A program made the position numbers and the translations under genes. The notes under the pieces were generated by a model that worked only from the letters and a program-made list of their open reading frames with translations, searched no databases and had not been told where the DNA came from. Shown piece after piece: positions 1 through 16,700 of a DNA stretch of 64,000 bases. The stretch lies in the NCBI RefSeq assembly GCF_009914755.1, contig NC_060948.1. One strand, written 5' to 3'. Positions within the stretch are counted from its first letter, which is position 1, and each line of letters opens with the position of its first letter. This stretch comes from the human T2T-CHM13v2.0 reference genome, Homo sapiens.

Positions 1-1313
1 GTCCTAGAATGCAATTCTTATCCAAAGGATGACATAAGAAATCAGAATGGAATTTCTATTCTCAGTCACATCCATTGGCCTATGAATTGAAAATTTCATT
101 TTCAGAAGGTAATTATATTCTCTTCTCAGGATTTATCTTTGAGGACAGTGTATACTTCTTAATTTATTTTAGTACAGACTCTCATTTCTAATCAGTAATG
201 CTAATTTGGAGAGAAAAGAAGGTTTTCTTTGCAAGCATGGGGATTTTGATAGAAACGTCATACTTTTTTAAACTTTCCTAGACAATTTCAGCTTTTGTTT
301 TTTTCTCTGAAGCAGATGGTATTGAGTGAAAAGTTCTATAATGCATTCATCATTACCCATTCACTGCTCATTGAGATGAGAGAGTGATGTACTTCATCAG
401 AGGAAAGTACTCTACTGTCTAACTTACACTACCACTTTCAGGAGAAACAGTTAACTTCCTAGAAGAGGTGGTTAACCATATATGGGTGAACATATGTGTG
501 CCTATAATTTTCTCCTTTTAAAATAACTTTCAGACAATTGTGGACCTTTATTTCATGACATTAATGTACTTTTACATCATTGACTAACAAAGAATGTAAT
601 TTACAATTTTTATGTGAATGAGAACTCTAGTCCATCAATGCAATTACAATGCATCAATTATCCTTCCTGAATGTTAAGTACATCTCGCAAAAAATAGTAT
701 TTTTACTTTTACTCTGTATAAATGAAAAATTTTGAAACAGTCCAAAATATGTCAGTATTCATTTGCATTAAAATAAGAGGATACAGTGTAGGCAACTAGA
801 AAATATTTCCGATAAAAATATTCTAGTGACTTTAAAGCTGAATTGCAGGGATTTTAAGAAAAGAAAAATAATAATTTGTTGTGTTTATAACTACAACAAG
901 AGATATGTTTAACCTATTTAGTTACTTCACTAAATAGCAATCATGCAAATAAGAATTCGAGGACACAATTTAGACTGAATATATGTTTTAACTACCAGGT
1001 GAACTGGCACAAGTTGTGAATACCACAAATAAAATATTGGCATTCTATAATTCTTTTAAATTAATAGAAAAATACATTTTATCTTTGAAGATTTATATTA
1101 TTTGGAAATAAAATATTTATAGTTATTTTTCACTTTGTATAATTGGAAAAATTGCCTTAATATGTGCTTATTATATGAGAGTGAACACTTTTTATTTCTC
1201 ACTGTGCTGTACTGAAAGTCAAAGATTTGCTATTGTGTGTATATATGTGTGTGTGTTTGTGTGTCTGTATTTTCTTAGGTCAAATTATTAATATTTAGTG
1301 TGCAAAAATTCCT

Positions 1314-1668
1314 GGATATAGAAAGCAGCAGAATGATTATCAGATCCTGGAAAGGGTAGTGGCGTGATTGAGGAAGTGGGAATGGTTAATGAGTACACAA
1401 AAATAGAAAGAATGAGTAAGACCTACTAATTGATAGAACAATAGGGTGACTATAGTCAATAATAACTGTACATTTTGAAAAAAACTAAAAGAGTGTAATT
1501 GGATTATTTGTATCACAAAGGATAAATGCTTGAGAGGATGGATACCCCATTCTCCATGATGTAATTATTTCACATTGCATGCCTGTATCAAAACATCTCA
1601 TGTACCCCATAAATATATTACACCTCCTACATACTCACAAAATTTAAAAATGAAAATTGAAATAAAAA
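1314..1668 (+). mobile_element. L1MA-type 3' end fragment
   Basis: gtgactatagtcaataataac...gatggataccccattctccatgatg...catctcatgtaccccataaat plus A-rich tail. Confidence 0.85.
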
Positions 1669-1766
1669 TTCTACATATCCAATTCAAAAGAGAAACAATG
1701 GAAGGCACATGTTTATAAAAAAAAAATCTCGGATTGAGAATGGAAATTAGAAAGTGATTCCCAAAT

Positions 1767-1944
1767 AACTAGAGAAGTGGAGTTAAAATATTCCTAACAC
1801 AAAGAAATGATAAATGTTTGAGGTGACTTTTACCCCATTACCCTAATTTGATCATTTCCCGTTCTATGCTTTTATCAAAGTATAACATGTACCTGATAAA
1901 TGTGTGCAATTATTATATGCACATAAAAATAAAGAATAAAAAAG
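1767..1944 (+). mobile_element. Older L1MA 3' end fragment
   Basis: cctaacacaaagaaatgataaatgtttgaggtga...ccctaatttgatcatt plus A-rich tail. Confidence 0.75.
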
Positions 1945-3771
1945 GATTACCCCTTTTTAAAAAAGTTAAATGTATAATATTTCTCTTTGAGTACATTAAA
2001 ACAAGTGCTTTTATTTATTCTGATAATTGAATATGTGTTAAATATGAATAAAAGTTGTACGTTATTTATTGTGTTTTCAGGATCCAAGCCACTTTGGTGG
2101 CATTTTTTTTTTAGTTTAACATTATCTCATAATTATAACTTTCATATACCGGACAATTACTTCATTGCATGTAAATATACCTCATTGATTTTAACAATGA
2201 CAGAGGTGGGTGGATGACTGTCAGAGTTGTTTTTCTTAAGCTATTGTGGTCCTCCCCTGAATGATGCTGTAACATGCATTATGCTTTGAATAAATGCCAT
2301 CTGTAAACAAATGAGTGATTTGTTAAAAGAAAGGTAGCAATAAATGAAAATTCCGGCAGAAGTTAATGAATATTGTTAGTTGAACTGTACAATGCAAGTA
2401 AATATTAGTTTTTACATTTTATATGAGTAGACATTTGCAAAGTGTCAATCACTTTCTTTTCATGTATATTTTTTTCACATACAGTGCTAATGACCTAGCA
2501 AGCCTATAGCTGCTAAATCAGTACTATTTTTTTTTATTTCTGTTTTTTATAAACGCAGTCAGTATTAGAACAAAAGCTACATACTCTGTCTTGGTCACAG
2601 TTGACATGGAAGCCAAATATGTCTGTAATTGAATTATGAATCTTCTATAATAACCTTCAAACAAATCTTTTTATTACTTACAATAGTGAAATAGAAAGTT
2701 TTTCTAATTTTATTTCATAAAAGACACTTAGAGACTACTCAATAAGGATTTGAAGAGTGTCTTTCAATGTTCAGGGAGTCCTAATACACATGTAATTTTT
2801 GTTAAACTATATTTCTGCTCCTTGCTCACTCTAAAGGTAAAAATGACTGGTGGAAAAGATTGTGAAACTGTTATAGGCTATGAATATTGCAGAGGCTTAG
2901 CTAGTTGCCTAATGTGTTTAATTAGTATTGAACAACTGCAAAATCACTTTGGTTTATAGCCATGGTCACACACTTTTGTTTTCTTCTTTTCTTCCATTTT
3001 TTTTTTTTTTTTTTGCCCCTTTCCTCTCTTATGCAAAAGCCTGCTCTGATTTCACAAACTAGAAGGTTAAGGCTCGCATAGCCGACTCCTAGCAGATTGG
3101 TTTAATACATAAGAAGTATTCAGTTTGCTCATTTTTAGTGTAGGCCTTTAACCTAAGTAGATAAAGCATTTTATATTTTCAATATGACGTTAAATAACAT
3201 TTGACTAATCTTTCACTGATATATATTGGTGTATACCTAAACTACTAATCACCATCAGATTTCCATCATGCTTCCATTGCCCCAAGCTAGGTCTCTTCTC
3301 TATCTACTAGTTATTCTATTTTTTTAGTTATTCAAATTTAACATCCTTACTATTACTAGTAGTTTCTACTAGTTTAGCAATGTGGAATAATTACTATTCA
3401 GTTTTGTTGCTTACTGAGACATAACTGTCAAATAAAGCAAATTTTTTTATTATCTGTAACAGCAGGTAATCATAAAATATAAACGGCCAGGTAATCACAA
3501 AAGTATGCATGCATTTCAAATGTATCATGCAGTCTTCTTCCTGGAGGCAACAGCAGATATTCTTGACTTTTTTTCCTAGATAGCATTTTAGTGAGAGTTT
3601 TGCTATGATTTACTTTGCCAGGAGGAAAAATGTTATTACAAATAAATGTCATATATACTAAATGCTTTGTATTGCCCCTTTTCATTATCTCCCACCTTGG
3701 ACCTTTCAAAGAACTAGATTTTGATTTCATATTGTTTTCATTATTTTTCTGTTTTAAATTTTATTGATTTA

Positions 3772-3935
3772 TGTTTTTGTTTTAGATAGACATGGTCTTG
3801 CTCAGTCACTCAGGCTGGAGTGTAGTGGTACGATCATAGTTTACTGTGACCTCAAACTCCTGGGCTCAAGTGGTCTTTTTCCTCAGCCTCTCGTGTAGCT
3901 AGGACTAAACACACACACCACTATGCCTGGTTAAT
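3772..3935 (-). mobile_element. Old Alu single arm (AluJ/FRAM-like)
   Basis: caggctggagtgtagtggtacgatcatag...ctcctgggctcaagtg...cctcagcctc. Confidence 0.85.
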
Positions 3936-4439
3936 GACTTATTTTTCTTCTTCTTCTTTTTGCTTGCTTTGATTGTATTTGCTGTTCTTCAAGTTTCTTA
4001 AGGTGAAAATTTAGAACATGGAATGGAGAACTGTCTTCTTTTCTAGTTTGTAGTATTTAATGTAATGTTCCCTCTAACCAGTGCTTTCGTTGCATCTTAC
4101 AAATTGTGATATGCTTTATTTTGTTTTCATTCAACTGTGATTTCCTTTTGGCCTATGTACTGTGTAGAAATGTTTGTTTTCTCTCTCCAGTTGTATTGGG
4201 TTTTTTTTTTCATGTATTTCAAAGCTCTGTTTTAAGGTGTATATATATGTAGGATTGTTAATTCTTCTTGGTAAATTGATCCTTTTATAATTATAAAATT
4301 TCACTCCATATCCGTGTTTATATTCCTTGTTCTGATGTCTACTTCTGATATTAATATAGTCATTTCAACTTTTTTGCTCTTGGTTTGCATGGTATATCTT
4401 TTTCCATCTTTTAGCTTTTTTGTATGTCTGTTTTCTGTT

Positions 4440-4598
4440 TTTTTGTTCTTTTTTTTTTTTTTTTTTTGTCTTTTTTTTTCTTAGAGACAAGGTCTTGTTA
4501 CGTTGCCCCAGCTGGCTCAAACTCCAGGGTTCAAGAGATTCTCCTACCTCAGCTTCCCAAATAGCTGGGACTGCAGGTGTGCACTGCTGCACCTGGCT
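4440..4598 (-). mobile_element. FLAM-like Alu monomer
   Basis: Poly-T, agagacaaggtcttg...aactccagggttcaagagattctcctacctcagc...cacctggct. Confidence 0.85.
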
Positions 4599-4796
4599 AG
4601 CTATCTTAACTTTTATCCTACCTAGGTCTTTCTAGCTAAAGCAGCTTTTTTGTTCACGGATATAGTTGGGCTTTGTTTTTTTTTGTTTCATTTTGTTTTT
4701 TTAATCCAACCTGAAAATCTTAAAATACATGTGCTATAACTATTTATTTTCATGTATTTATTGATGTTATTGGATTTAATTCTACCATTTTAATAG

Positions 4797-5151
<355 letters not shown>

Positions 5152-6290
5152 TCTCTCTCCCCCTTTTCTTTTGAATTCCTTGGATTTGTTTTTCATATTC
5201 CACTTTAATATATCTGTTGACCTCTGACTATGTCTCCTGTATTATTTCTTAGTGCTTGCGCTAGGCCTGATAATATACATACCTAACCTTTCACAGTTTA
5301 CTCAGAGTTATATTTTACTACCACAGTAAAAATGTGGAAGTTTTACCATGGAGTTTATCTTTTCCCACAAACCTTTTTGTTATAGTTGTCATATGGGTTA
5401 CAACTATGTACTGATTGCAATGATCATACATAATTTAAAGAATTTAAGAAAAGAAAATTTAGTTTTATATTACCCATTTTTTATTATTCATCTTTCTCTT
5501 ACTTTATTCCTGAAATTTTTTCCTACAGGCCTTCAAATTAACTTTTTATTAGTTACAACAATGAAATTGAATATTTAATTTTTTCTCTTAAGAACGAGAT
5601 TTAATAAATTCAACTTCATGTAATTTTCCTTCAGCCTGAGATCTTTTGGCAGTGAGTTCTGTGAGTTTCCCTTCATCTACGAATGCCTTTCTTTATCCTT
5701 CATCCCAAGGAGGGTTTTTAATGGATATTTAATGGATATAAAGTTTTACATTAGGAGTTAGTTGCTTTCTTTCATCATTTTAAGATACCATCTCACTATT
5801 TTCTGGCCTTCATGGCTTTTAATGAGAGAACATTGGTAATTCAAATTATTGTTCCATTAATTATAATGAATTATTTTTCTCTAGCTACTTAACATTTTCT
5901 TTCTCTATTGTTAGAAGCTTGATTGTGGTGTATCTGGGCATTGATTTCTTTCAGTTTATCATGGTTGGGGGTTGCTGAGCTAATGAATATGTAATTTTGT
6001 TTCTCATCAAATCTGGAAGTTTTTGGTCCTAATTTCTTCACATTTTTTTTTATGGAGCAATCACTTTTTCTTCTTCCTGAGACGTCAAAGACATTTATTT
6101 TAAAACTTTTGAGATTTTCCCACTGTTTCCTGAAGCTCTTCTCCGTCTTTTTTCAATCTTTCTTCTCTCTCTGTTCTTCAGATTGGATAATTGTTATTGG
6201 TCTGTCTTCAAGTTCATTGACTCTTGCCTCTGTCATCTCCGTTCTGCTCTCAATCACATGATCATATTATGTGAATAGTTTATTTATCTG

Positions 6291-7076
6291 TGTTTTGTTT
6301 TTTAACTTTTAAGTTCAGGGGCACATGTTATACAGGTATATTGCATGCCATGGGGCCTTGGTATACAGATTATTTTGTCACCCAAGTAAAAGCATAGTAT
6401 CCAATAGGTAGTTTTTCTTTGTGTCCATATGTACTCAGTTTAGCTCCCACTTATAGTGAGAACATGTGGTATTTGGTTTTCTGTTTCTGTGTTAGTTTGC
6501 TTAAGATAATGGCCTCCAGCTTTATTTACATTTCTGCAAAGAACATGATCTCATTCTCTTTTTATTGCTACATAGTATTCCATTGTGTATAGGCACTACG
6601 TATTTTTATCTGGTGTTCCATTGATGGGCATTTACGTTGGTTCCATGTCTTTGCTATTGTGAATAATGCTGCAATGAACATACACTTGCATATGTCTTTA
6701 TGGCAGAACGATTTACATTCCTTTAGGTATATACCCAAGGATGAGACTGCTGGGTCAAACGGTAATTCTACTTTAAGTTATTTGAGAAGTCCCCACACTG
6801 CTTTCCACATGGCTGAACTAATTTATATTCCAACTAACAATATGTAACTCTTCCCTCTTCTCCACAACATTGTGAGTATCTCATTGCGGTTTTGATTTGC
6901 ATTTATCTAATGATCAGTGATGCTGAGCATTTTTCATACTGTGCTTGTAGGTCACACGTATGTCTTATTTTGAAAAGTATTTGTTCATGTACTTTGCCCA
7001 CTTTTTAATGGAGTTGTTTGTTTTTTGCTTGTTAATTTGTTTAAATTCCTTATAGATTCTGGATATTAGACCTTTG
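6291..7076 (-). mobile_element. 5'-truncated old L1PA (PA13-16-like)
   Basis: L1P 3'UTR/ORF2 end; probable TSD gaatagtttattt (6273)/gaattgtttattt (7077). Confidence 0.88.
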
Positions 7077-7236
7077 GAATTGTTTATTTTAGATATTGAA
7101 TTTTCAGTTCTAAAATTTTTATTTGATTATCTTATAGTTTCTACTTCTGTGAAAGAAATAGAATGTCTACTTATTAGACAGTGATTTTAAGCAGCTCTTA
7201 TATACCGGCTCAGTGAAATAAATGAACCCATAGAAT

Positions 7237-9255
<2,019 letters not shown>

Positions 9256-10229
9256 AACACAGAATTTCTATTGGCAAATGTTTTTTTTTTTTTTTTTCCC
9301 TTGAGAATCTCTCATATTTTCCTGAGTGTTTTTATGTTAAATGTTATATAGTATAGCCTCTGGGTTCTATTTTAATCATCTGGATAATGCTGATTTTTTT
9401 CTTTATTTGTTTAACCAGCAGTTGTTCTAGTATCTGTTAAATTTTTAAAGGCTTTCCTATGATGTCTAGATTAATCCAGTACATGCATGATTCAGGGGAT
9501 AATCTGAAGTTAAGGTTTTAGGTTATATCATAGTTCAGGTTTCAAAACCCCTTACTCTCCTGCTTTGGGTCTCTCTCTGGCTCGTGCAGTTCGTAGGGGA
9601 ACCTGGGATTTGTGTGGGTTCACATAGAATTATGGAGTCCCTTTAGTTAACATTTCTGTTTCTAGGACTGCTGCTACATTCTCTGACTCTTTTCTGGTTC
9701 CTCTATGCATTTTCAACTGAAGTTCTAGCTGTCAGCTCTATACCTCTGTTGAGCTTTGCAAAGGGAGCTTACATTATGGACAAATCTGTGAGACAAAGGG
9801 AAAAATGTATGAGGAAACTCCTCCCTGAATGTGTTGCTTCTCTATGTTTTGACTCTTTTTCTAAACCTGCCTTCCTTTTGTTTACCTTTCAGAGTCCTCG
9901 GGTAGTTGCCTTTTGTATATTTTCCAGAGATTTTAGTTATAACAAGTGGTATATATGGGCTATACTGGGCTTACTACATTTTGGACAGAACTGCAACCCT
10001 CCAAACATGAGGTGCAGCTCAGCTGATGCTTATGTTTATGAGCACAGAGGAGGTTTCTCTGGGCTTGAGACCCAAACCTTTGAGAAGCAGATGCTGGCTA
10101 ACTGGTAGTGGTATCTGTGAGGGAAGTGTAATCTGGCTGGTTCTAGAAGTGTTGGAAAAACTGCAAACTGATTTCAGCAGTGGCTCCTGGGACAAACTGT
10201 CATTATCAGCATAAAAAAAGAGTCTGAGA

Positions 10230-11180
10230 TCACTCTTATAGGAAGATTTTGAGCAAAGAAGTGGCATGATCTAATGTATGTTTTAAGATGGACAACTTGA
10301 TTGCTATTGGGAAAACAATAAATGGGACTGGAGCAAAAAGAAGGAGACTACTTAGAAAGCTTTTGAAATAATGTAGGTGAATTACAGTTTATACAAGGAT
10401 CATAGCAGTAGATGTGGCAGATATTTGTCAGATTATAGATGTGTTTTGAAGATACAGCCAACAAAGTTCCCTAATATATTGTATGTGTGATATGTGTGTA
10501 TCCTTCTTTAATAATAATGAAGGAATCAAAGGTGACTCCATTTTTTTTCACCTAAGAAAATAGAAGTTTGCATTTTTCAAATTAGAGACGGTGAAGACTT
10601 GGGAAGAAGAAAGTTTGGAGTTTAGAAGAAAAGGTTGCAGGGGAAGATTGGGTTTGTTGTGCCTTTTTCTCATGTAAATAGAAGCGTTATGTAGACATTT
10701 AGATATACAGGGCTGTATTTTAGGAGAGATGTGTTGGCTTGGAATAAAGAGTATACAAATGGGGTTTTAAACCATAAGAAGGGATGAGATCACTTAGGGT
10801 ACGAGTATAGATGGAGAAGATGAAAAGTCTGGGTACTGATCCTAAGATATTTCAACTTTTAGAAATAGAGGAGGTAAGAAGAAATCAGCTAAGTAGACTG
10901 AGAAGAGGTTAGTATGATGTAAGTGAAAAACTAAACCAATGGCAGATCAGAAGTCACATGAGAAGCTATTTCAAGAAAGGAGAAGCATGATCAACAATGT
11001 CAAATGTAGAGTCTAGAAAATGAGATCTGTGAAGTAAAATTAGATCTGACAAATAACTATTTGATTTTAGCACCACAGAGGGTTATTTGTGACCTTGATA
11101 AGAGAATTTTCAGTGTAATATTGGAAGTGAAAGTCTGGATCTAGTAGGTTCAAGATGGAAAGGGGAGCAGAGAAATTGTA
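10230..11180 (-). mobile_element. L2 LINE fragment
   Basis: Purine-rich antisense L2 phrases (gattttgagcaaagaagtggcatgatc; gatgagatcacttaggg; gtgaccttgataagagaattttcagtg). Confidence 0.75.
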
Positions 11181-13702
11181 TGAGTTCAAGGAAATATTTT
11201 TCGGCGAACAAACATAGATTTCATTTGGATTAAAAATGTTATTAATATGCTGGTTCTTTCAGCCACTGTATTTTTTTGTTACTATTAAGCTATTAGACAA
11301 TCAATAGATACCTATTAACCTCAAAGTATAATAGAATTGACCAAAATGTTCTGCTCTTAATAAATAGAGCGTAAATAGTATTTATAGAGCTAAGGACATT
11401 TCAGTAGTTCTAGACTTCAGGCATTGCTGCAAGCAATTTGAAACATTACTGTCCTGTCTTTAAAAAACAATGCAAGGTAGAGAAAGAGAGCAACCAGAGT
11501 TGACTAAGAAATGCATTTTCTTCAATGTCATGAATATTGTAATAACAATTTGTCCTGCATTATTTTTGGACTACATTTTTAGGACTGATATGTGTGTTTC
11601 AAATTAAGGAAAAATTTGCATCAAACTATGTTTTCATTTAGATGACAAAAACAAAGATAATGAATAATATAAAGGCACAATTTTAACAATATAATAACTA
11701 ATATCAATGCTTATTGTTGCATAAAATAATACTATTTTAGGAAATTATTAAAATAAAACATTTATATTCATGAATTTGAAAATATGATGAAATGGCAAAA
11801 ACAGGGTATTGCATATTTTTAACAAGCCCTTTAAAAATAATATGGTATCTCATAATCTAAGCTGAAAATACTAGAGGAAATAGTATAATTTTATTCAAAA
11901 GCGACCTTGGAGTTGATTTTATCCAATGTTCTTCCTTTATAAACATAGCAATTTAGATGCAAAGTATATAATGACCTGCCCAAGGTAGCCTAACTAATTT
12001 GGACAATGTTTGGTATTCTGTGGTGTTCAGTACTATTGCCACTTTACTATTGAGAATTATGTTAGAGAAGCAATTGAAACATATGCAGAAAACGTTGCAT
12101 TATCTTCTTTCCTCTATCCTCCCCTTCACTCCCTGCCTTTCTCCTTTCCTTCTTTCCCTTCTTTTCTCCTTCCTCCAGTTTCAGCTTTATAAAAAAATTT
12201 TCCTCTTCTTAAAGAAAGGAAAACTTAAGTGTTAGTGAAGTGGGAGAAAGTTGAAAAAGGAGAATTATTTTAGTAGCTTCCCCTATAATTATTTACCTTC
12301 ATGCCTATGCACATGCACACACATACCTAAAACCATTTGGAAGACATAATCCTAAAAGCATTAAGTTTCCAAATTTTTTCTAGTTTAAAAAATAACCTCT
12401 AATATTGTATCCTGGGACAGAAAGCAATAACAGTAACCATGCTTTACTAAATAAATCAAGATTTATTTAATGAACTTCAGATTAATCATGTTCCGAGGTT
12501 TCACTTTTCTGTGGGCTATTGACCAATATAGCAAAAATTTAGTGTCATATGAGTGCAGACAGGCACAGTTTTAAATTCTATTTTTCATAGTTACTAGTTT
12601 TTTAAAGTTTGCAAATGATTTAACACCTCTGATCCTTAGTTTGCTAATCTAAAATATAAGGGTGATAATAATGCTTATTTTGTAAAGTAATTGATAGCTG
12701 TACATGGTACACCTGGTATAGTATAACTTCTCATAACCGTTAATTATTTTATTGCCATTATTGCTATTAGTACCAGTAATAACACTCTTCCAATGGAAAA
12801 TATTTTTCTGAAAACTCATAAATATAATAATATTCATTGTTTCAGAAATTAGCTAAAAGTAGGACCTATGAAGTATTATGGTGCTTGTTAACATAACATG
12901 TAGTTAGTGAAATCACCAATAAATGAAGACATGACATATAATCTAAATTATATTATATTTGCATAGTCTAAATTATATTATATTATGTATGGCATATGTC
13001 CATACTCCATCCTAAGAAATCCAATTCTTTTAATAATTGTAATAGAATTGATTGAGCTTGCTATTAGAGTGTTTAACTGTACTCTTGAAATGGGTTTTAC
13101 TAAAAGAGATATGGAAAAATTTATTTATGAGCTTCAAATGAGCATCTAATCTACTAATGTCATTGTAATTTCTCATACAAGTGTACAAATGATAGCGCAG
13201 CATCTCTTTCAGGTGTTATATTCAGAATCATAATAAAACTCTTGCAGAATATATGTGTGCATCAAAATGAAATGACAATGAATTTTCTTTTGAAATTGAT
13301 AGCACGTATTAGCATAAATTGAACTGTGCAACTGTGTCCATAACAGGCTGAGTGATGTAGCAGTTGATTGCTTTGTACACATTCTTGTGTTTTGCCTTCC
13401 GTTTTCCTTGCTGTGTGTTATTCTCTCTTCCGTCCCACCAAGGTAAGAGTAAATTTTTCCCTTCCTGGCTTTATTGCTTGAAGATAATAGAGTAAGGCAG
13501 GAGCATGTGCAAGGCAAAAGTACCTCTTGTCATCATTGCCCTTTTCCGGTGTCCCTCTTTATTTCCTTCTGTGTCTTTGATATTCCAGGCAAAACTCTTT
13601 TATAACACTTCATGCCATGGCCCCTTCCAGCTACAGATAGGACAGGTGGTTGAATGGCTAGCACTCCATGAGCTTTATTCATGTATATTTATAAAAGTGC
13701 AA

Positions 13703-13710
13703 TTTCTTTT

Positions 13711-13773
<63 letters not shown>
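13703..13773 (+). repeat. (TTTC)n microsatellite, about 16 units
   Basis: Direct reading. Confidence 0.97.
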
Positions 13774-16700
13774 ATATTATAGCAAACTCTTGTACATTTA
13801 CTTACTTATTTTCTTTCAGTGATCATGCTAGTATGGTTGTACTATCTGAAAATCTAGCCTTTTAGCTTCCTAGATGATATACTTAATATGACTAAATAAA
13901 TCCAGCCTGTACCACAACTGTCAAAACACCTGGAAATTTATAATTTCACCATCTCTTCAGAGGAAGAGAGCTTTTGTGACAAATATGGTAGGGTGAATAC
14001 GGAGCAGATAAACCCACATACTCTGACTTTCAATAAAGCAAGAGGGGGTAACACTTCATAGAGACCAGATACCACTCTATCAAGGTTACTGAATGGACTA
14101 TGTCCTGTACCAGATGTGATGCCTTAATGTGACCAAATCCATTCTAGATGCCTCAAAGCTGGTTTTTTTGGACCTGCATTTTTTTGTGAAAAATAAAATG
14201 CTAACTTATAGGGAAAATGATAACTAATTTTCTTGGCAGTGGTCAATAACTGGAGCTAGCATAAATAGCCATTGGATTTATTTAGGAGAAGTTAACTCAG
14301 AATATAAGTGGCTTTCCCCTTCTACCTGTATCATAAAGCCTACCTTGACCAATGAGAAATCCAACAGTATTTGAAAATAAACTCCTGAGAACATAGAACG
14401 CAAACTAAGATAAGCAAATTACAGTTGTTATGCTCTCAATTGGCCTATAAAAATAAACAGTTTGAGAAATCTGTGTCTCCTACAGAACCACACTGACCAG
14501 ATAGCACAGATGAGACAGCTAGCACCCTGATCATTAATGTCACAGGTAATTTTGTTGTTGGTTACTAGTATCTGCCATACATACCCTTCAGGAATTAAAT
14601 GGGCCATATTTGAAAGCCAAGGTCAAGGAGTGAAATTTTAAAATAATAATCCACCCCCAGCTAACGAAAAGCTAGGACAGGTAGTGTTTTCATTGCTTTT
14701 GTATTCAGGCCCTTCTCGTAGTATGCTGTGCCTTATGAGGGGAAGAGAGACCCTTGATTTTCAAGGAGGGTGAGTGGGTGGGAGTGCTCCTATGAGGGAT
14801 GTATATCATGACAAATAATGGGCTCTTAAAAATTACACCTCCTTACTACCCTGATTCTCTGAAGCCCATAGCGGTGCCATGCATAACCTTGTTGAGAATT
14901 GCTGCCTAGTGAGCCTCACTGACAGGTAATAGTAACGCATTCAGGTTTGTTGATAAGGAGAAAAGGTTTAGAAGTAATTGATAACTTTTCTTCCAATACA
15001 AGTTTTCTTAAAACTTCTAGTATGTTGTTAAACAACAGAAAAATAAGCGCTCTGAGTCTTGGGAGATTCTGTCTGTGTACAAGCATGAACTATGCTCCAT
15101 ATGAGAACATGAGCCTTGTCATCTGCTTTAAATGTCACTTGAGAACAGTTATCAATGACTACTTTCCCAGAGTTAAAATTAATAAACTTGAGCTTATTGT
15201 ATTGCAAGCTTCTTTAGGATTTCACCCACTGTGAAAATATCCTTTAAATAACATTTTACCAAACTTCAGGCCTTCTTGTAAAATTTTGTGACAGTTCATC
15301 TTAATATGCATAATATTTCTGTTCTGATTCCATTTTTGAACTTTTGTACTCTATTTTTATCTGTAGGATGGAGATAATGCTAGATAAAATTCAGAACAAA
15401 AGTATTTAATTTGAAAAATAACTGTTAAGAATTAATACTATGCAATTTCCCATGGCAATTGATTACGTGTTTGTTCAGAAGTTTGGCACAGTTGCTTGAT
15501 TAAAATATTAATTTTCCAATTTCAATTGAGCAGTTTATGAATTTTACTTTATAGTGTTTACTTTCTCTGATAATGTCAATGTTTTTCACTAATTATGTCC
15601 AAGGGTGAGCTACCTTGGCCAATAGAACAACTTGGTTTCAGGTAATTTGTTCTTTTCAGTGGTTGTAAATGTATTGGCTATGTGGTTGAACTTTGACCAT
15701 TTCTCTGACAATAATTTGCAACCTCCATGAGATCAGTCATAAATCCATAGTCAATTATGTGTTAGAAAATATATTAAAAAGCCTCAGAGGAACAAAATTA
15801 TGTCATTTCTGTTGTGGAAGATTGGTTTAAAATAGGTCTTACAAATATTATGAAAATACAACTTACTGTAATCATACTGCAGTTTGTCATATGTGGTTCA
15901 TTGTTATGAGGCAGTAAGGTGATGGCAGAGGGAGCACTATATATAGCAAATAAATAAAAATAAATCAGGTTTACAACCCTGTTTGCAACCATCTGTAATG
16001 CATGGTAGCATATGTTTTATAGTTTTATTGAGAGAATACATCTTTTAATTCTCAAAACTTTGAGTTTGAAAGCTCATCTCTGATAGAAACTAATGGTTGA
16101 ATTACAAGCTAAAGTGAATTTCATTTTACTTATTCTTCTAATCAGTTTACAAAGTGCAGCTTTACATGCAGGAGGCATTCTTCCTTTTCTTTTTTTAAAA
16201 GATGAAATGTAAAAGAAAGCTTACCTCAACTTTACTATACAATATTGTCTCTTGGAAATGAAAAGTGCAGGATTTCTAACAGTTTCCTTCAAGTTGTAAT
16301 TGAAAACAGTAAATTGTCTCCATATTTTCTTTAATACCTGTAAGTCTCCATACGTGTGAAGAAAATGAATTGATATTTTGTGTGGTAGTAGTAATACATT
16401 TATGAAATTTATTTGTAGACAGGAACTTTCCATTGAAGATATCTGACTCTTTTCATAGTTGTATTTTGAAAAGGGGTATTTTTTTCCCTAGATGATAATG
16501 CTGTGTTTGAATTAACACTATTATACAAAGGAAGTGTGAAGGACTTACAAAATTGCACTGGAGTTTAAGACTTAAAATAGAACTCAATTTTTGTTTTTGA
16601 CAAGTTTACTCACACGTATAAGGAGGTAAGGGGAAAAATGTAGTTACAAGTAATCAAAGCATTTGAAAATGTGCAGAAACTAAAGCTATTATTTTGGAGT

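Noticed and set aside
15630-15647. Other AG|GT juxtapositions (tttcag|gtaatt here, gacag|gtaata near 14926)
   Set aside because: Short or poor pyrimidine tracts; expected by chance in 64 kb.
16225-16337. Minus-strand 113-nt AG..GT segment with one open frame
   Set aside because: Weak pyrimidine tract, unrecognised peptide, antisense to the host, no partner exons.
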